Source of the DNA: Actinomycetota bacterium | GTDB lineage: Bacteria; Actinomycetota; Thermoleophilia; BMS3ABIN01 | Direction of reading: 5' to 3' | DNA length: 64,000 bases | Assembly: GCA_023382335.1 (NCBI GenBank) | Contig: JAMCPM010000006.1 | Coordinates: 70,372-134,371, forward strand | Shown here: in pieces, positions 52,877 through 63,780 of the stretch | Position numbering within the stretch: position 1 is the first letter of the stretch | How the letters are laid out: every line of letters begins with the position of its first letter | Translations under genes and position numbers: made by a program | Notes under the pieces: model-generated | Databases searched by the model: none | Told to the model about the DNA's origin: nothing | What the model saw: the letters and a program-made list of their open reading frames with translations, nothing else

Positions 52877-54174
52877 ACGACTTCAATCCCGCAATCGAGC
52901 GCCTCGTGCAGCTCTTCCAGGCTGATATCGTCCAGAAAGCGCTCGCCGGCGCTGTCGAGAGACAGTGACGGAATCAGCAGCAGATCGGTCCGTCTGAGCC
53001 CGCAGCCGTTAGCTGCGCGGATGACGTCTCTGCCGCCAAGCAGCCCGGTGACGGTGACATGGGAACCGAAGAGTTCGTTTTCCGCTACCAGCGGCAGCAA
53101 CTCCCTGCCCAGGGATCTGCCGAACCGGACACAGGCCGACGCCACCAGCTCCGCTGCCAGGACGCCGGTCAGCAGGAAGACACGGCCTGCCGCCGACGCT
53201 TCGGCCAGCCTATCCCCGATCGCGGCCTTTGCCTCTTCCAGGAAGCTGCGGGCAATGCCTATTCCGTTTTCGTACTGGGAGAAGTCGTCGTAATATTCCA
53301 CCGGCGGCGGTTCGCTTCCACTTTTGAGAAAGAACTCGTCGGCGGCGTAGACGAAGCCTTTGCCTTCCTTCAGACGAAACTGTTGCTGCATGGCAGCTAT
53401 GGCGCCGATCGCGTCGCGGCAATCCGCAACGGTCACCGGGCGAACGCCGGCGCTGACCTTCTGGGCGAAATGGCTCTCGCCCAGCGCCACCGGTACGACG
53501 CCGACGCTTTTGATTCCCCGGTAGATTTCAGAAAGTTCAGCCGCGGTCCGCTCCAGCACCTTGCCGTCATTCAGGCCGGGACAAAATACGACCTGTGCGT
53601 GCAGCTCGATTCCAGCTTCTCCCAGACGCCTGAGATTATCGAGCCCGCGGGCAGCGGTCCCGGCGCCGCAGCCCATCAGACGTCCGCGGACTTCAGCGTC
53701 CGTAGAGTGCACAGAGACGTGAAGCGGGCTCAGGCGCTGGGCGATGACGCGCTCCATGTCCTCGCGGCTGATATTGTTGAGCGTGATGAAGTTCCCGTGG
53801 AGGAAGGAGAGTCGAAAGTCGTCGTCTTTTAAATAGAGCGGTTGCCGCAATCCCGCGGGAACCTGATCGATGAAGCAGAAAACGCAGCGATTGGAACAGG
53901 TGCGGACACGGTCGAAAATCACGCTCTTGAAAAGTATGCCGGGATCGGCGGCGTCGCCACAATCAGCCTCGATTTCGAGCCGCTTGCCATCCCGCTCGAC
54001 TTCGAAGCGCTGCAGGCCTGATTCAAGATAGAACTGGTAATCGATGACGTCATGGAGGGGTTGACCGTTGAGTGAAACAATGATATCCCCCGCCAGAATG
54101 CCTGCATCGCCCGCGGGTGAGCCGACCTCGACCGAGTCGACAACGCCGCCCTGGTGCCTGCTGGAAGTCTTCAA
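52873..54174 (-). CDS. DUF512 domain radical SAM protein with N-terminal PDZ domain
   Basis: PDZ-like N-terminus (VGSPAGDAGILAGDIIVSLNG), radical SAM CSNRCVFCF motif, and a DUF512-type C-terminal domain. A Firmicutes-typical family. Confidence 0.8.
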   Translation of the reverse strand: MKTSSRHQGGVVDSVEVGSPAGDAGILAGDIIVSLNGQPLHDVIDYQFYLESGLQRFEVERDGKRLEIEADCGDAADPGILFKSVIFDRVRTCSNRCVFCFIDQVPAGLRQPLYLKDDDFRLSFLHGNFITLNNISREDMERVIAQRLSPLHVSVHSTDAEVRGRLMGCGAGTAARGLDNLRRLGEAGIELHAQVVFCPGLNDGKVLERTAAELSEIYRGIKSVGVVPVALGESHFAQKVSAGVRPVTVADCRDAIGAIAAMQQQFRLKEGKGFVYAADEFFLKSGSEPPPVEYYDDFSQYENGIGIARSFLEEAKAAIGDRLAEASAAGRVFLLTGVLAAELVASACVRFGRSLGRELLPLVAENELFGSHVTVTGLLGGRDVIRAANGCGLRRTDLLLIPSLSLDSAGERFLDDISLEELHEALDCGIEVV

Positions 54175-54182
54175 GCCCTTGA

Positions 54183-56543
54183 TCAGGGCGTGGCGTACGG
54201 GGCCGGATAGGAGTAAGTCACGCCACAGACGTCCTGGACGGTCGAATAGACCGTGGATCTGAAATCAGAGACGCCCTGGGGAACGCTGTATTTGACGGTG
54301 ACCGGCACCGTGCTGCCCGGATTGCCGGCGGCGGCGAGATTGCCTACGTTGACCGGCGGAATCGTCGATAACAGGGTGCCGTTGGTGTTGACACTTCCGA
54401 CAACGTTGAGATTGAAGGCTTCATCGGCGCCGGTGTTGCTGAATATGAACGTCACCGAGAGCTCTCCCAGCACGTAATCGGCATAGGAAGCCCAGAACGG
54501 GTCGGGCGAGCCCAGGCTGAGCTGTGGTTTGCTGCAGGCGACAGTGAAAGAACCACTGATGGGGGCCGTGTTGCCGGCCTTGTCGGCAACGCTGCCGCCG
54601 ATGGTGTGCGCTCCGGTCGCAAGCCCCGTCGCCGGGCAGCTTACCTGCGATGCAGTCACCGTGCAGCCAGCCAGCGTGGATCCATCGAGGGTCACGCTGA
54701 CGGCGCCTGTATTGACGCCGCTGCCGGCGTCAGAGTAATTGGCGACGATCGATGCGTTGATGGCATAGATCGTGCCGCTCGGCTGCACCGAGGAGACTAT
54801 CGGCGGAGTGCTGTCAGGAAGCGCTCCCAACCAGAGCTTGCCGCTGCCAAAGACATTGTCCTTGCCCGCGGCGCCGAGGTCGGTGGCCCTTGCCTCGAGC
54901 TGGGACTGGACCTGCGCGGGAGTAAATGTTGGATTCGCCCCTTTGACCAGCGCCGCCGCGCCGGCCGCATGCGGAGTCGATGCCGAAGTCCCGTAGAAAC
55001 CGTGATAACCATAGGTGACCGTGGATACCCCATCCGGCCCCACGAGGTCCGGCTTGGTGCGGCCGTCGAGGGTTGGTCCCTGGGAACTGAAATACTCGAT
55101 GTTGGTGCTGCCGAAGGGAACCGCGCCAACAGTCATGGCGTAAGCGGAGTCGGCCGGCTGTCCGCCAAGGCTGCTGGCGGCGACCTGATACTGGAACGAA
55201 TTTGGATAAGAATAAAGCTGGAAAACGGCGTCGCCGGTGGCGCTATATTTTTTGATCATGACGGAGTAGGTTCCGCTCTTCCCCGCCGGGACCGTATAGT
55301 GTATCTCTTCCGAGGGAGGAGTGCTGCCGTTTTGCCACCCGGTGCTTGTTGCTACCGGCGTCGTCATGTCCGGGCTCTTGTAGAGATAAAGATCGTAATC
55401 CTGATCGGTTGCAGGCCACTTGTTCCAGGTCAGGTAAAGATCGATCTGCCCGCCGGCCGTGGCGGAGATGTTGTTCGTCTGGACACCGGGAGCGAACTCG
55501 CTCCAGGTGTCGGCGTTGGCGTCTGTGTATGGTCCGCTCCAGTGCGTCTGAGCGGCATTGCCGGAAGCATTCGCCCAGGTGATGCCCGCGGTGTTGGCCT
55601 GCTGCACCAGGTTATCGATGCTCCCCTGACCGTTCCCCTGGAACTGGCTGTAGAAGCCCCATGAGGCCGAGATCACGTTGACGCCCTGGGAGATGAGGTA
55701 ATTGACGGCGTTGCCGAGTTCGACATCGGTGCTGAAATTGACTAGATACAGCTGGGCGCCGGGAGCGGTGTCATAGACTATTTCCGCGCACGCTGCCCCA
55801 TGGACCTGACCGCCACCATTGATGTCACCGCCGGCAACGAAGGACTGGGTGATGACATTGGCGGGAAGCTCGCCCGCTGTGATCAGATTCTGGTAACCGG
55901 TGAAGCCCGGGTCAAGAACGGCGATTTTCGCGCCGGCTCCGTTATAGCCGGCGCCCTGCCAGATGTTTGCTCCGATATCCGCCACACCCTCACTGGTCGT
56001 AAAAGCAACCGGTTTGCGCGGCTGGCGGATGTAATTGATATCAGCAGAGGCAGCAAGTTGTGACAGATTGTCAACCGGAACATCGGCCTGGATGAGGCCG
56101 TTGTAGGTCGTTTCGACAACGGCGCCGGCGCCATCAGCGGCCAGCAGAGCTGAGTCCGCGGATCCGGGCGCCGATTCAAGCACGACCTTCACCTTGCCGT
56201 CCTTGACGTCGAGATCGTTGGAAGAAGCAAAATCCGCGGCGGCGCCAGCACCCTTTTGCGTTTGCGTCGAGGCAAGATCGCCGATGACGGATTCGACCTT
56301 GGGATTGGTTTTGGAAGGAGTCCCGGATGGGGATGGAGAGGTGCTCACATCCGGAGCCATGGCGCCTCCGGGCGGTCCACCAGCCGAAGACATGAACGAG
56401 CCCGCATCGCCGGATGTCTGGACCACGGCATTCTGAGGTTCGAGCGAGGCTCCGGAACCGGAGCTAAAAATAAAAAAAACGCCAATTACCAGCGTTATTA
56501 GCGCCAGGGCAGCAATTGATGCGTAAGGTACCCACCGTTTCAT
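54183..56543 (-). CDS. secreted S8-family (subtilisin-like) serine peptidase with C-terminal Ig-like domains
   Basis: Signal anchor. Catalytic Asp (KIAVLDPGF), His (GGQVHGAACAE) and Ser (GTSASTPHAAGAAALV). Two or more Big-like beta domains at the C-terminus. Confidence 0.85.
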   Translation of the reverse strand: MKRWVPYASIAALALITLVIGVFFIFSSGSGASLEPQNAVVQTSGDAGSFMSSAGGPPGGAMAPDVSTSPSPSGTPSKTNPKVESVIGDLASTQTQKGAGAAADFASSNDLDVKDGKVKVVLESAPGSADSALLAADGAGAVVETTYNGLIQADVPVDNLSQLAASADINYIRQPRKPVAFTTSEGVADIGANIWQGAGYNGAGAKIAVLDPGFTGYQNLITAGELPANVITQSFVAGGDINGGGQVHGAACAEIVYDTAPGAQLYLVNFSTDVELGNAVNYLISQGVNVISASWGFYSQFQGNGQGSIDNLVQQANTAGITWANASGNAAQTHWSGPYTDANADTWSEFAPGVQTNNISATAGGQIDLYLTWNKWPATDQDYDLYLYKSPDMTTPVATSTGWQNGSTPPSEEIHYTVPAGKSGTYSVMIKKYSATGDAVFQLYSYPNSFQYQVAASSLGGQPADSAYAMTVGAVPFGSTNIEYFSSQGPTLDGRTKPDLVGPDGVSTVTYGYHGFYGTSASTPHAAGAAALVKGANPTFTPAQVQSQLEARATDLGAAGKDNVFGSGKLWLGALPDSTPPIVSSVQPSGTIYAINASIVANYSDAGSGVNTGAVSVTLDGSTLAGCTVTASQVSCPATGLATGAHTIGGSVADKAGNTAPISGSFTVACSKPQLSLGSPDPFWASYADYVLGELSVTFIFSNTGADEAFNLNVVGSVNTNGTLLSTIPPVNVGNLAAAGNPGSTVPVTVKYSVPQGVSDFRSTVYSTVQDVCGVTYSYPAPYATP

Positions 56544-56678
56544 TCCAATGCCTCCGGAACGTTTATTCTAAATGTTCCCTACCCCCTATGTCTGCCCGCC
56601 AAGCGCAAAACTTGAGTATTTTAGTATTGTAGCAGCGATATTGCTGATGGAACAGCCCCGCGGCGCCGGCCCGGGATT

Positions 56679-57527
56679 GTGCGGGACCAAGCGATGAAGG
56701 GCCTTACGGTTTCGCCATGCCCTAAGCCGGGCATCCTCATAGAAATACGTAACGGGGAATCTTCCATGAAAAGCAGTATCGGCAGGGATCTGATCATGGT
56801 CCGCCAGCCCGACAGCATCTTCCAGGCTCACGGCATCATCGAAAACGGCACCTTTGACGGCCGCTGGCACTTTTCTTTTGATCAGTATTTCGACCGCGAC
56901 TTCAGCCATTTCGGGACCCTGCGCGTATTTAACGATGACACTCTTTCTCCGGGAGCCACCTGGCCGCTTCATTCGCATCGAAACATCGAAGTAGTCACTT
57001 ATTGTGCTGCCGGCGTTTTTCGTCACGCTGACCAGGATGGCCGGGGCAACATCCTGCGGAAAGGCTGGGTGCAACATACTACCGTCGGCCGGGGCATGTC
57101 CCATTCCGAGATCAATGACAACGCCGGCGAGCCCATGCGATTTATCCAGATGTGGTTCCTTCCCCGGGAGACCGACCTGGAACCGTCGCTGCAGCAAAAG
57201 CCCGTCGAACGCGCGGAGCGGACCAGCAAGCTTCTGGCGTTGGTGTCAAACCAGGATGAGGGGGCGTTGCCGATCGCCTCGGACGCGAGGGTATTTTCCT
57301 CATTCCTGGGAAGGGATATGGCGGTCGGATTCGAACTGGACATCGGCCGCGCCGCTTATCTTTACGTCATTGAAGGCGGCCCGGTGCGGATAAACGGACA
57401 CGAGGTGCCGGCGCTGGGCGCGGCGCGGATCATTGGCGGACAGGACCTGCGGATCAAGGGAGAGGCCGGCGCGGAGCTGCTCTTCGTGGAAGTGCCCTTG
57501 GCGGTCAGCAACCGCGCGATGATCTAG
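56679..57527 (+). CDS. pirin family protein (cupin)
   Basis: HSHRNIEVVTY...GRGMSHSE metal-binding His motifs. The start may be the ATG at 56763 (MKSSIGRDL). Confidence 0.85.
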   Translation: MRDQAMKGLTVSPCPKPGILIEIRNGESSMKSSIGRDLIMVRQPDSIFQAHGIIENGTFDGRWHFSFDQYFDRDFSHFGTLRVFNDDTLSPGATWPLHSHRNIEVVTYCAAGVFRHADQDGRGNILRKGWVQHTTVGRGMSHSEINDNAGEPMRFIQMWFLPRETDLEPSLQQKPVERAERTSKLLALVSNQDEGALPIASDARVFSSFLGRDMAVGFELDIGRAAYLYVIEGGPVRINGHEVPALGAARIIGGQDLRIKGEAGAELLFVEVPLAVSNRAMI

Positions 57528-58367
57528 TTACCCTATGGATGAGATCCAGGCGGCGGCGTCTTCCATCTGCTCCGGTGGTGTCGACGCGCCCGCCGTGATC
57601 GCCACGGTCTCTACCCCTTCAAACCATTCCCGCTTCAGCTCGCCCACGTCTTCGATGTGGTGCGTCTTTGGCTGGACCTCGGTGCAAAGCTGCGCCAGAC
57701 GCGTCGTGTTGGCGCTGTTGCGTCCGCCGATGACGATGACCGCGCCTGCCTGGCGCGCAAGGCTGAGCGCCTCGTCCTGACATTTCTGGGTGGCGTTGCA
57801 CATGGTATTGAAGATGAGCAGTTCGCGGCACGTCGATGAAAGCCGGCTGGCCAGGGCCGCAAGGTTGGCGCTGGCCTGGGTGGTCTGCACGACGACGCCG
57901 ACGCGTTTGCCGCTCACCTGCCTGAGCTCGAGTTCATCGGCGTTTTCCACGACGATGGTCTTCTCACCGGCGTTGGCGACAAGCGCCACGACCTCGGGAT
58001 GCTCGTGCTCGCCGAGGATAACGGTCAGATATCCCTGCCCTCCGAGGAATGATGCCTTCTCCTGAGCAACCTTGACGTAGGGGCAGGTGGCATCGACGAT
58101 GGCGAGCCCCAGGCTGCGGGCATCGGTGATGACGGCCGGGGTGACGCCGTGAGTCCTGAGAATGATCGTGCCTTCAGTGACTTCCTCGAGTCTTTCCACC
58201 GGTGAGACGCCGGCTTCGGCCAGTTCCCGGACGACACCGGGGTTATGGATGATCGGGCCCATGGTATGGATCGGCCCGGGGGAATCCTTGGCCGCGCGCT
58301 GGGCGATGTCGAGCGCGCGTTGCACGCCGTAGCAGTAGCCACCGCGTTTGGAGATGAGAATTTTCAT
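57528..58367 (-). CDS. ispH: 4-hydroxy-3-methylbut-2-enyl diphosphate reductase
   Basis: Three conserved Cys (GYCYGV, ATCPYV, FNTMCNAT). 279 aa. Confidence 0.9.
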   Translation of the reverse strand: MKILISKRGGYCYGVQRALDIAQRAAKDSPGPIHTMGPIIHNPGVVRELAEAGVSPVERLEEVTEGTIILRTHGVTPAVITDARSLGLAIVDATCPYVKVAQEKASFLGGQGYLTVILGEHEHPEVVALVANAGEKTIVVENADELELRQVSGKRVGVVVQTTQASANLAALASRLSSTCRELLIFNTMCNATQKCQDEALSLARQAGAVIVIGGRNSANTTRLAQLCTEVQPKTHHIEDVGELKREWFEGVETVAITAGASTPPEQMEDAAAWISSIG

Positions 58368-58415
58368 GGGAATATCATTGCCTGCCTTGCTCTTCCGGAG
58401 GGGCCCCTGTCGACA

Positions 58416-59039
58416 TTATAGCGCGTCGATCGCAGCCATGATGCGCCGGCTGGCCTCGCGGTACGCTTTTCCTTTTGACATGCCGGTGATGTCCAGATCG
58501 ATCGGCGGCCCCACCGTGACCGTGACCTTGGGACGATGCGGTCTGCCGTTGCTGACAATCTTCTCGTCGCCGCGAATGCGTATCGGAAACACGGGCACGC
58601 CCGGCGTCATCGCCAGCAAGCCCACGCCTGGCTGGGGCTCGCCGAGCATGCCGTTCCGCTGGCGCGTTCCCTCCGGAAACATGCCCACGATGTAGCCCTG
58701 CTCCAGCAGCTCGCGGGCGCGGCGGATAGCTTCGCGGTCGGACTCGCCGCGCCTGACGGGAAAGGCGCCGAGTTTCATCAGCAGCCAGCCGAGCACCGGC
58801 GCCTTCAAAAGCTCTATCTTCGCCATCCAGCGGATGTGACCGAAATACGAGAGGCAGACCAGCGGCGGATCCATATTGCTGGCGTGGTTCGAGGCGAAGA
58901 TGGCCGGACCCTGCCGCGGCCAGTTCTCGCCGCCGATCAGTTCCATGTGGTACGTCCATTGCAGCGGCCTGGTAATCAGGACCCTGACGATGGCGTAAAC
59001 CCTTGGCGAAAATTCGTATGTCTTGATTTCAGTGGTCAT
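58416..59039 (-). CDS. plsC: 1-acyl-sn-glycerol-3-phosphate acyltransferase
   Basis: NHASNMD (HxxxxD) and FPEGTR motifs. Confidence 0.85.
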   Translation of the reverse strand: MTTEIKTYEFSPRVYAIVRVLITRPLQWTYHMELIGGENWPRQGPAIFASNHASNMDPPLVCLSYFGHIRWMAKIELLKAPVLGWLLMKLGAFPVRRGESDREAIRRARELLEQGYIVGMFPEGTRQRNGMLGEPQPGVGLLAMTPGVPVFPIRIRGDEKIVSNGRPHRPKVTVTVGPPIDLDITGMSKGKAYREASRRIMAAIDAL

Positions 59040-59184
59040 TTTTATTCCGCTGCCGAGGAAGTTTCCTGAGCGAGACCGGCGAAGCCAGATAAGGATTCAT
59101 CAGACCGAACGGGAAACTGGCTGAGCCGTCTAAGCGATGGGAACTTCCCGGCGGCCGATAAAATGTGCCCGAACGAGAGAGTCA

Positions 59185-59853
59185 CTACACTACCGATTTT
59201 TGGTCGATGATTTCCACAACCCTGTCAACCACCTGTTCGATTGAAAGATCGGTGGTGTCGACCATGACCGCGTCGATGGCAGCCTTCAGCGGCGCCACCT
59301 CGCGGCTGGAATCGTAATCGTCGCGCGCGGCGATATCCTTTTCCATCTGAGCCTGGGCGACGTGAACGCCCTTGCCGTCGAGCTCCAGCCGGCGGCGCTT
59401 TGCCCGCTCACCCACGGATGCTGTCAGAAAAATCTTCACTTCCGCTTCCGGGAATACGACCGTGCCGATATCGCGGCCGTCGACGACGACGTTACCGCCC
59501 GCGGCGCACTGCCGCTGCATCTTGAGCAGCGCCTCCCGGACCTGCCTCTGGGCTGAGACTTCCGACACGTTTCCGGTGACTTCAAGCGAGCGGATCTCGG
59601 CCGTGACCTCACGGCAGCCGGCAAAGACGCGCGGAGCGCCTCCAGGGCCGGGCTGAAAACCGATCTCGGCGTTTCGGGCCAGCTGTCCCAGATCGTCGCC
59701 GTTTCCAGGCGGGATTCCCTGTTCCAGGGCCAGCAGCGTGACGGCCCGGTAGATGGCGCCGGTGTCCAGATAGGTCCAGCCGTAGCGGTCGGCGATCATG
59801 CGCGCGATGGTGCTCTTGCCGGCTCCGGCCGGTCCGTCGATGGCGACAATCAT
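59185..59853 (-). CDS. cmk: (d)CMP kinase
   Basis: IAIDGPAGAGKST P-loop with the cytidylate kinase fold. In cmk-plsC-ispH synteny. Confidence 0.9.
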   Translation of the reverse strand: MIVAIDGPAGAGKSTIARMIADRYGWTYLDTGAIYRAVTLLALEQGIPPGNGDDLGQLARNAEIGFQPGPGGAPRVFAGCREVTAEIRSLEVTGNVSEVSAQRQVREALLKMQRQCAAGGNVVVDGRDIGTVVFPEAEVKIFLTASVGERAKRRRLELDGKGVHVAQAQMEKDIAARDDYDSSREVAPLKAAIDAVMVDTTDLSIEQVVDRVVEIIDQKSVV

Positions 59854-61202
59854 TGCAGGCCTCCAGCCAGCAACCGCAGGTCGACGGCGAAAAGAGGATA
59901 TGACACAGAAACGCTCTCGAATCCCTGAACGACGACTCCCGAGCGGGAAGCGAGGCCGGCGATCGCGCCCAGCATGGCCAGGCGGTGGTCGCCAAAACTT
60001 TTGAATCTGGAAATGCCGCCCTCGACGCCGTTGCCGCCATGAACGATGAAACCATCCGGAGTAGCCTTGATGTCGACGCCTATGAGGCTCATGTTCTCCA
60101 CCAGGCCGGCGATGCGATCTGATTCCTTTACCTTCAGCTCCGCCGCGCCGCTCACGACCGTGTCGCCCTCGGCGAACGCCCCCGCCAGGGCCAGCAGCGG
60201 CAGCTCGTCGATCGCTCTACCGGAAATATCAGCGCCCGCCTTCACTCCTCGCAAGGCGCTTGACCGAACGCGCAGATCGGCGACCGGCTCGCCGCCGGCT
60301 TCGTACGCGTTTTCGATAATGATGTCCGCTCCCATCTCCTTGAGGATATCGATCAGGCCCGTGCGTGTGGGATTGATGCCGACATCGGGCAGTATTATCT
60401 CGGAACCGGGGATCACACAGGCGGCCACGATGAAAAAAGCAGCAGAGGATAGATCACCGGGTATGGTCAGATCGTCAAGCTGGAGCCGGCTGGCCGGCTT
60501 GATGATTGTGGTCAGCCCCTTCTTCTCGATGTCAGCGCCGGCGGCCGCGAGCATGCGCTCGGTGTGGTCGCGGCAGACGGAGGGCTCGGTGACCCGGACG
60601 GGACTTTCGGAGAACAGCCCCGCCAGCAGCAGCGCCGATTTTACCTGCGCGCTGGCAACCGGCATCTCATAGTCGATGCCGTGAACCTTGCCCGCGTTCA
60701 CGACCAGCGGAGCGAAACGCCCCTGGCTGGCCTTGATGTCCACGCCCATCGAGCGTAGCGGGTTGACGATCCGGTCCATCGGCCGCAGCCGCAGGCTCAG
60801 GTCACCGTCCAGCTTGTAGCTGTGATGGTCCTGCCCGCAAAGGATGCCTGGCAGTAGCCGCATGGTGGTGCCGGAGTTGCCGGCGTCGAGCATTCCCTTG
60901 GGCCGGTGGAAGCCTCGAAGGCCCATTCCCTCGATGACCATGACGCCATCCGGCTGTTCTGAAGCTGCGATGGATCCGGCCCCGGTTTCCTCCCGGGACT
61001 CTACACCACAAACCTGGAGCGCATGCAAAGTGGACAAGGTGTCAGCGGCCTGCAGAAAGTTTTTTATGCGGACGGGACGGTCGGAGATCGCAGCGATCAT
61101 CGCCGCCCGGTGAGAGATGGATTTGTCGGCGGGCACGATCACCGTGCCGCGCAGGCCGGCCTTTGCCGGTTCAAACAGGATACTGCCGGAGCCGCCCGCC
61201 AA
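59850..61202 (-). CDS. aroA: 3-phosphoshikimate 1-carboxyvinyltransferase (EPSP synthase)
   Basis: PADKSISHRAAMIAA, LDAGNSGTTMRLL and the two-domain EPSPS fold. 450 aa. Confidence 0.9.
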   Translation of the reverse strand: MAGGSGSILFEPAKAGLRGTVIVPADKSISHRAAMIAAISDRPVRIKNFLQAADTLSTLHALQVCGVESREETGAGSIAASEQPDGVMVIEGMGLRGFHRPKGMLDAGNSGTTMRLLPGILCGQDHHSYKLDGDLSLRLRPMDRIVNPLRSMGVDIKASQGRFAPLVVNAGKVHGIDYEMPVASAQVKSALLLAGLFSESPVRVTEPSVCRDHTERMLAAAGADIEKKGLTTIIKPASRLQLDDLTIPGDLSSAAFFIVAACVIPGSEIILPDVGINPTRTGLIDILKEMGADIIIENAYEAGGEPVADLRVRSSALRGVKAGADISGRAIDELPLLALAGAFAEGDTVVSGAAELKVKESDRIAGLVENMSLIGVDIKATPDGFIVHGGNGVEGGISRFKSFGDHRLAMLGAIAGLASRSGVVVQGFESVSVSYPLFAVDLRLLAGGLQ

Positions 61203-62330
61203 CTATCCCGCCTCGGCATCGGTGAAGGGCACCAGGACGGCGTCATATCCCAGACCGCGCAACAGCTCGACGGCCCGGCCGCCGGTCTCGCTTCCCGAAA
61301 CGACCAGGGACAGTACGCCGCCCTGCTCGATGCTGATGCGATGGAAGGCCAGGTCCTCGATGTTGATGCCGGCGTTGCCCAGAGCCACGGTCACCTGGCT
61401 CAGCACTCCCGGCTTGTCAAAGACGGGCACCTTGACCACGAACAGATCGCTGGGCGCCAGGTTCTCGGCCTCCAGCATGCGGTCGCGATTGGCGGCCGCT
61501 TCATTGATCATGGCCGCAAGCGCGGCTTCGTCCCCGGATTCCACCGCGGCGGTAATACTGTCGATGCTCTCGCGGTGCTCCTTGAGGGCTTCGACCAGCC
61601 AGCGGCTGTTTTCCATGAAGATGTCAGTCCAGACACGGGGATTGCTGCCCGCGATGCGGGTAAGGTCACGGAAACTGGGCCCGGCGGAGAGCAGCGCCTC
61701 ACGACCGTCGAGATTGACGCCTCCGACCTGGTTCATGGCCGAGTTCGCCAGCACATGCGGCAAATGGCTGACCAGGGCCATGATGCGGTCGTGAGCATCG
61801 GGATCGATGGCTGTGGGAATGGCGCCGATCCTGGCGATGAATCCATGCAGCCGCTCGTAATTGGAAGGATCGACTCCCCGGCCGGATGTCAAAAACCAGG
61901 TAGCGTTGTCAAAGAGGTCCTCGCGGGAGTTGCCGACGCCGGCGGTCTCGGAGCCGCAAACGGGATGGCCGCCGATGAAACGTTTTTCTTCGGCGGCGGT
62001 CAGGGCCGCCATCAGGCTCGACTTGGTGCTGCCCATGTCGGTGACGATACTTCCGGGTTTTGAAGCAGCCAGGGCCCGGCGGGCGCTCTCCAGAATCGAG
62101 CGCACCGGTGTGGCCACGAAGATGATATCCGCGCCGGCCGCCGCTTCTTCGATACTGCCGGCCTCGTCGGTGATGGCGCCAAGCTCGAGCGCCCGCTGCA
62201 GCGTGCGCTCGGTGCGGCTGTATCCGGTCACGCGCGCCACTTCCAGGCGCTCCTGCGCAGCCAGTCCCAGCGAGCCGCCCATGAGGCCGACGCCGATGAT
62301 GGCGATGGAGGTGTTGGAGAAATCAGGCAT
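61203..62330 (-). CDS. tyrA: prephenate dehydrogenase with C-terminal ACT domain
   Basis: IAIIGVGLMGGSLG Rossmann N-terminus, HPVCGSE active-site region and a C-terminal ACT domain. Confidence 0.85.
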   Translation of the reverse strand: MPDFSNTSIAIIGVGLMGGSLGLAAQERLEVARVTGYSRTERTLQRALELGAITDEAGSIEEAAAGADIIFVATPVRSILESARRALAASKPGSIVTDMGSTKSSLMAALTAAEEKRFIGGHPVCGSETAGVGNSREDLFDNATWFLTSGRGVDPSNYERLHGFIARIGAIPTAIDPDAHDRIMALVSHLPHVLANSAMNQVGGVNLDGREALLSAGPSFRDLTRIAGSNPRVWTDIFMENSRWLVEALKEHRESIDSITAAVESGDEAALAAMINEAAANRDRMLEAENLAPSDLFVVKVPVFDKPGVLSQVTVALGNAGINIEDLAFHRISIEQGGVLSLVVSGSETGGRAVELLRGLGYDAVLVPFTDAEAG

Positions 62331-62393
62331 CAGATATGGCCTTCCTCGCGGTCCGGCCCCGGGCTGGCAAGCCGGCCCCGCGCCACCCCCGCA

Positions 62394-63410
62394 TCAGGAG
62401 ATCTGTTTGCCGGCTACTTCCACATAGCGGCCGACTTCGGCCGCGAAGGCCTTGAAGTCTTCGGCGGGAAGCGATTGCGATCCGTCGCAGAGCGCTGCTT
62501 CCGGGTCGGGGTGGGTTTCGATGATGAGGCCGTCGGCGCCCACCGCCACTGAAGCCAGCGACAGCGGCAGCACCAGCTCACGCTTGCCGCAGGCATGGCT
62601 GGGATCCACCACTACGGGCAGATGGCTCTGCTTCTTGAGTACCGGGATGGCGGAAATGTCCAGTGTGAACCGGGTCGAGGTCTCGAAAGTGCGGATGCCG
62701 CGCTCGCAGAGGATGACGTCGGAGTTGCCTTCCTTGAGGATGTATTCCGCCGCCATCAGCAGCTCCTCGATGGTGGCGCTCATGCCGCGCTTTAGCAGCA
62801 CCGGACGCTCCACCTTGCCCACTTCCGAGAGAAGCTGGAAATTTTGCATGTTGCGGGTCCCGATCTGGATGACGTCTGCGTACTTGAGCACGGTCTCGAC
62901 ATCGCGCGGGTCCATCAGCTCGGTGACTATCGGCAGGCCGGTCTCCTCGCGGGCAGCGGCCATGATCTTCAACCCGGCCTCGCCCATTCCCTGGAAGCTG
63001 TAAGGAGAGGTGCGCGGCTTGAAGGCGCCGCCGCGCAGCATCGAGGCCCCGGCTGCCTTGGCCTGGCGCGCAGCCAGCATGTATTGCTCTTCACTCTCTA
63101 CCGAGCAGGGCCCGGCGATGAGGGCAAAGGCGTTGCCGCCCAGGGCGCGTCCGCGCACCTCGACGATCGTGTCTTCGGGATGGGCCTGACGGCTGGCAAG
63201 CTTGTACGGCTTGAGGATGGGCATGACCTTGTCCACGCCGGCCATGGCGTCCAGAGGCAGCTGCTGTATCTCTTCCCGGTCGCCGATGGCGCCGACGATT
63301 GCCACGAATTCGCCATGCGAGATATGGGAGCGAGCGCCGACGCTCGCCAGCCGGTCCACGACATGCTGGATCTGCTCATCGGTTGCGTCTGGCTTCATCA
63401 CAATCATCAT
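62394..63410 (-). CDS. aroF: 3-deoxy-7-phosphoheptulonate (DAHP) synthase, type I-beta with N-terminal ferredoxin-like regulatory domain
   Basis: KDO8PS/DAHPS-Ibeta motifs (LIAGPCSVES, KPRTSPY, GADGLIIETHPDP) with an about 80-aa N-terminal extension. Confidence 0.85.
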   Translation of the reverse strand: MMIVMKPDATDEQIQHVVDRLASVGARSHISHGEFVAIVGAIGDREEIQQLPLDAMAGVDKVMPILKPYKLASRQAHPEDTIVEVRGRALGGNAFALIAGPCSVESEEQYMLAARQAKAAGASMLRGGAFKPRTSPYSFQGMGEAGLKIMAAAREETGLPIVTELMDPRDVETVLKYADVIQIGTRNMQNFQLLSEVGKVERPVLLKRGMSATIEELLMAAEYILKEGNSDVILCERGIRTFETSTRFTLDISAIPVLKKQSHLPVVVDPSHACGKRELVLPLSLASVAVGADGLIIETHPDPEAALCDGSQSLPAEDFKAFAAEVGRYVEVAGKQIS

Positions 63411-63780
63411 CGTGGCTTTACCTCCACCGTAAAATAGGAAAAAAATCCGGCGCCCCCGGCCAAAAACACCTTGCTGACGGCGCCAACAGATAGTAATTCT
63501 AACACTACGCTGCCATAAGGAAAAACATGAGGGGGATCACGACATAGCGAAGCCCCAAGAAACCTTCAGACTTTTTCCGGCCTTCCAGGGTTCTTAACCC
63601 TGTCCGCTGACGATATTCTCACACCGTCTCTTTTGGCCAGTCCCTTGTCTTCCGACTTCTTGGGGCTCTTTCATCTTCCTCTGTCTCTGATCTCACGATC
63701 CGACTATGAAAGATGTCTCCTATTTATACCCGGCGGAAGAATAGCTAAACCCTTCCATTGGCCCTGAACAAATAAAGAAC

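Noticed and set aside
58375-58959. 194-aa minus-strand ORF overlapping plsC in another frame
   Set aside because: The plsC frame carries the HxxxxD and PEGTR motifs, and this alternative frame is Arg-rich noise.
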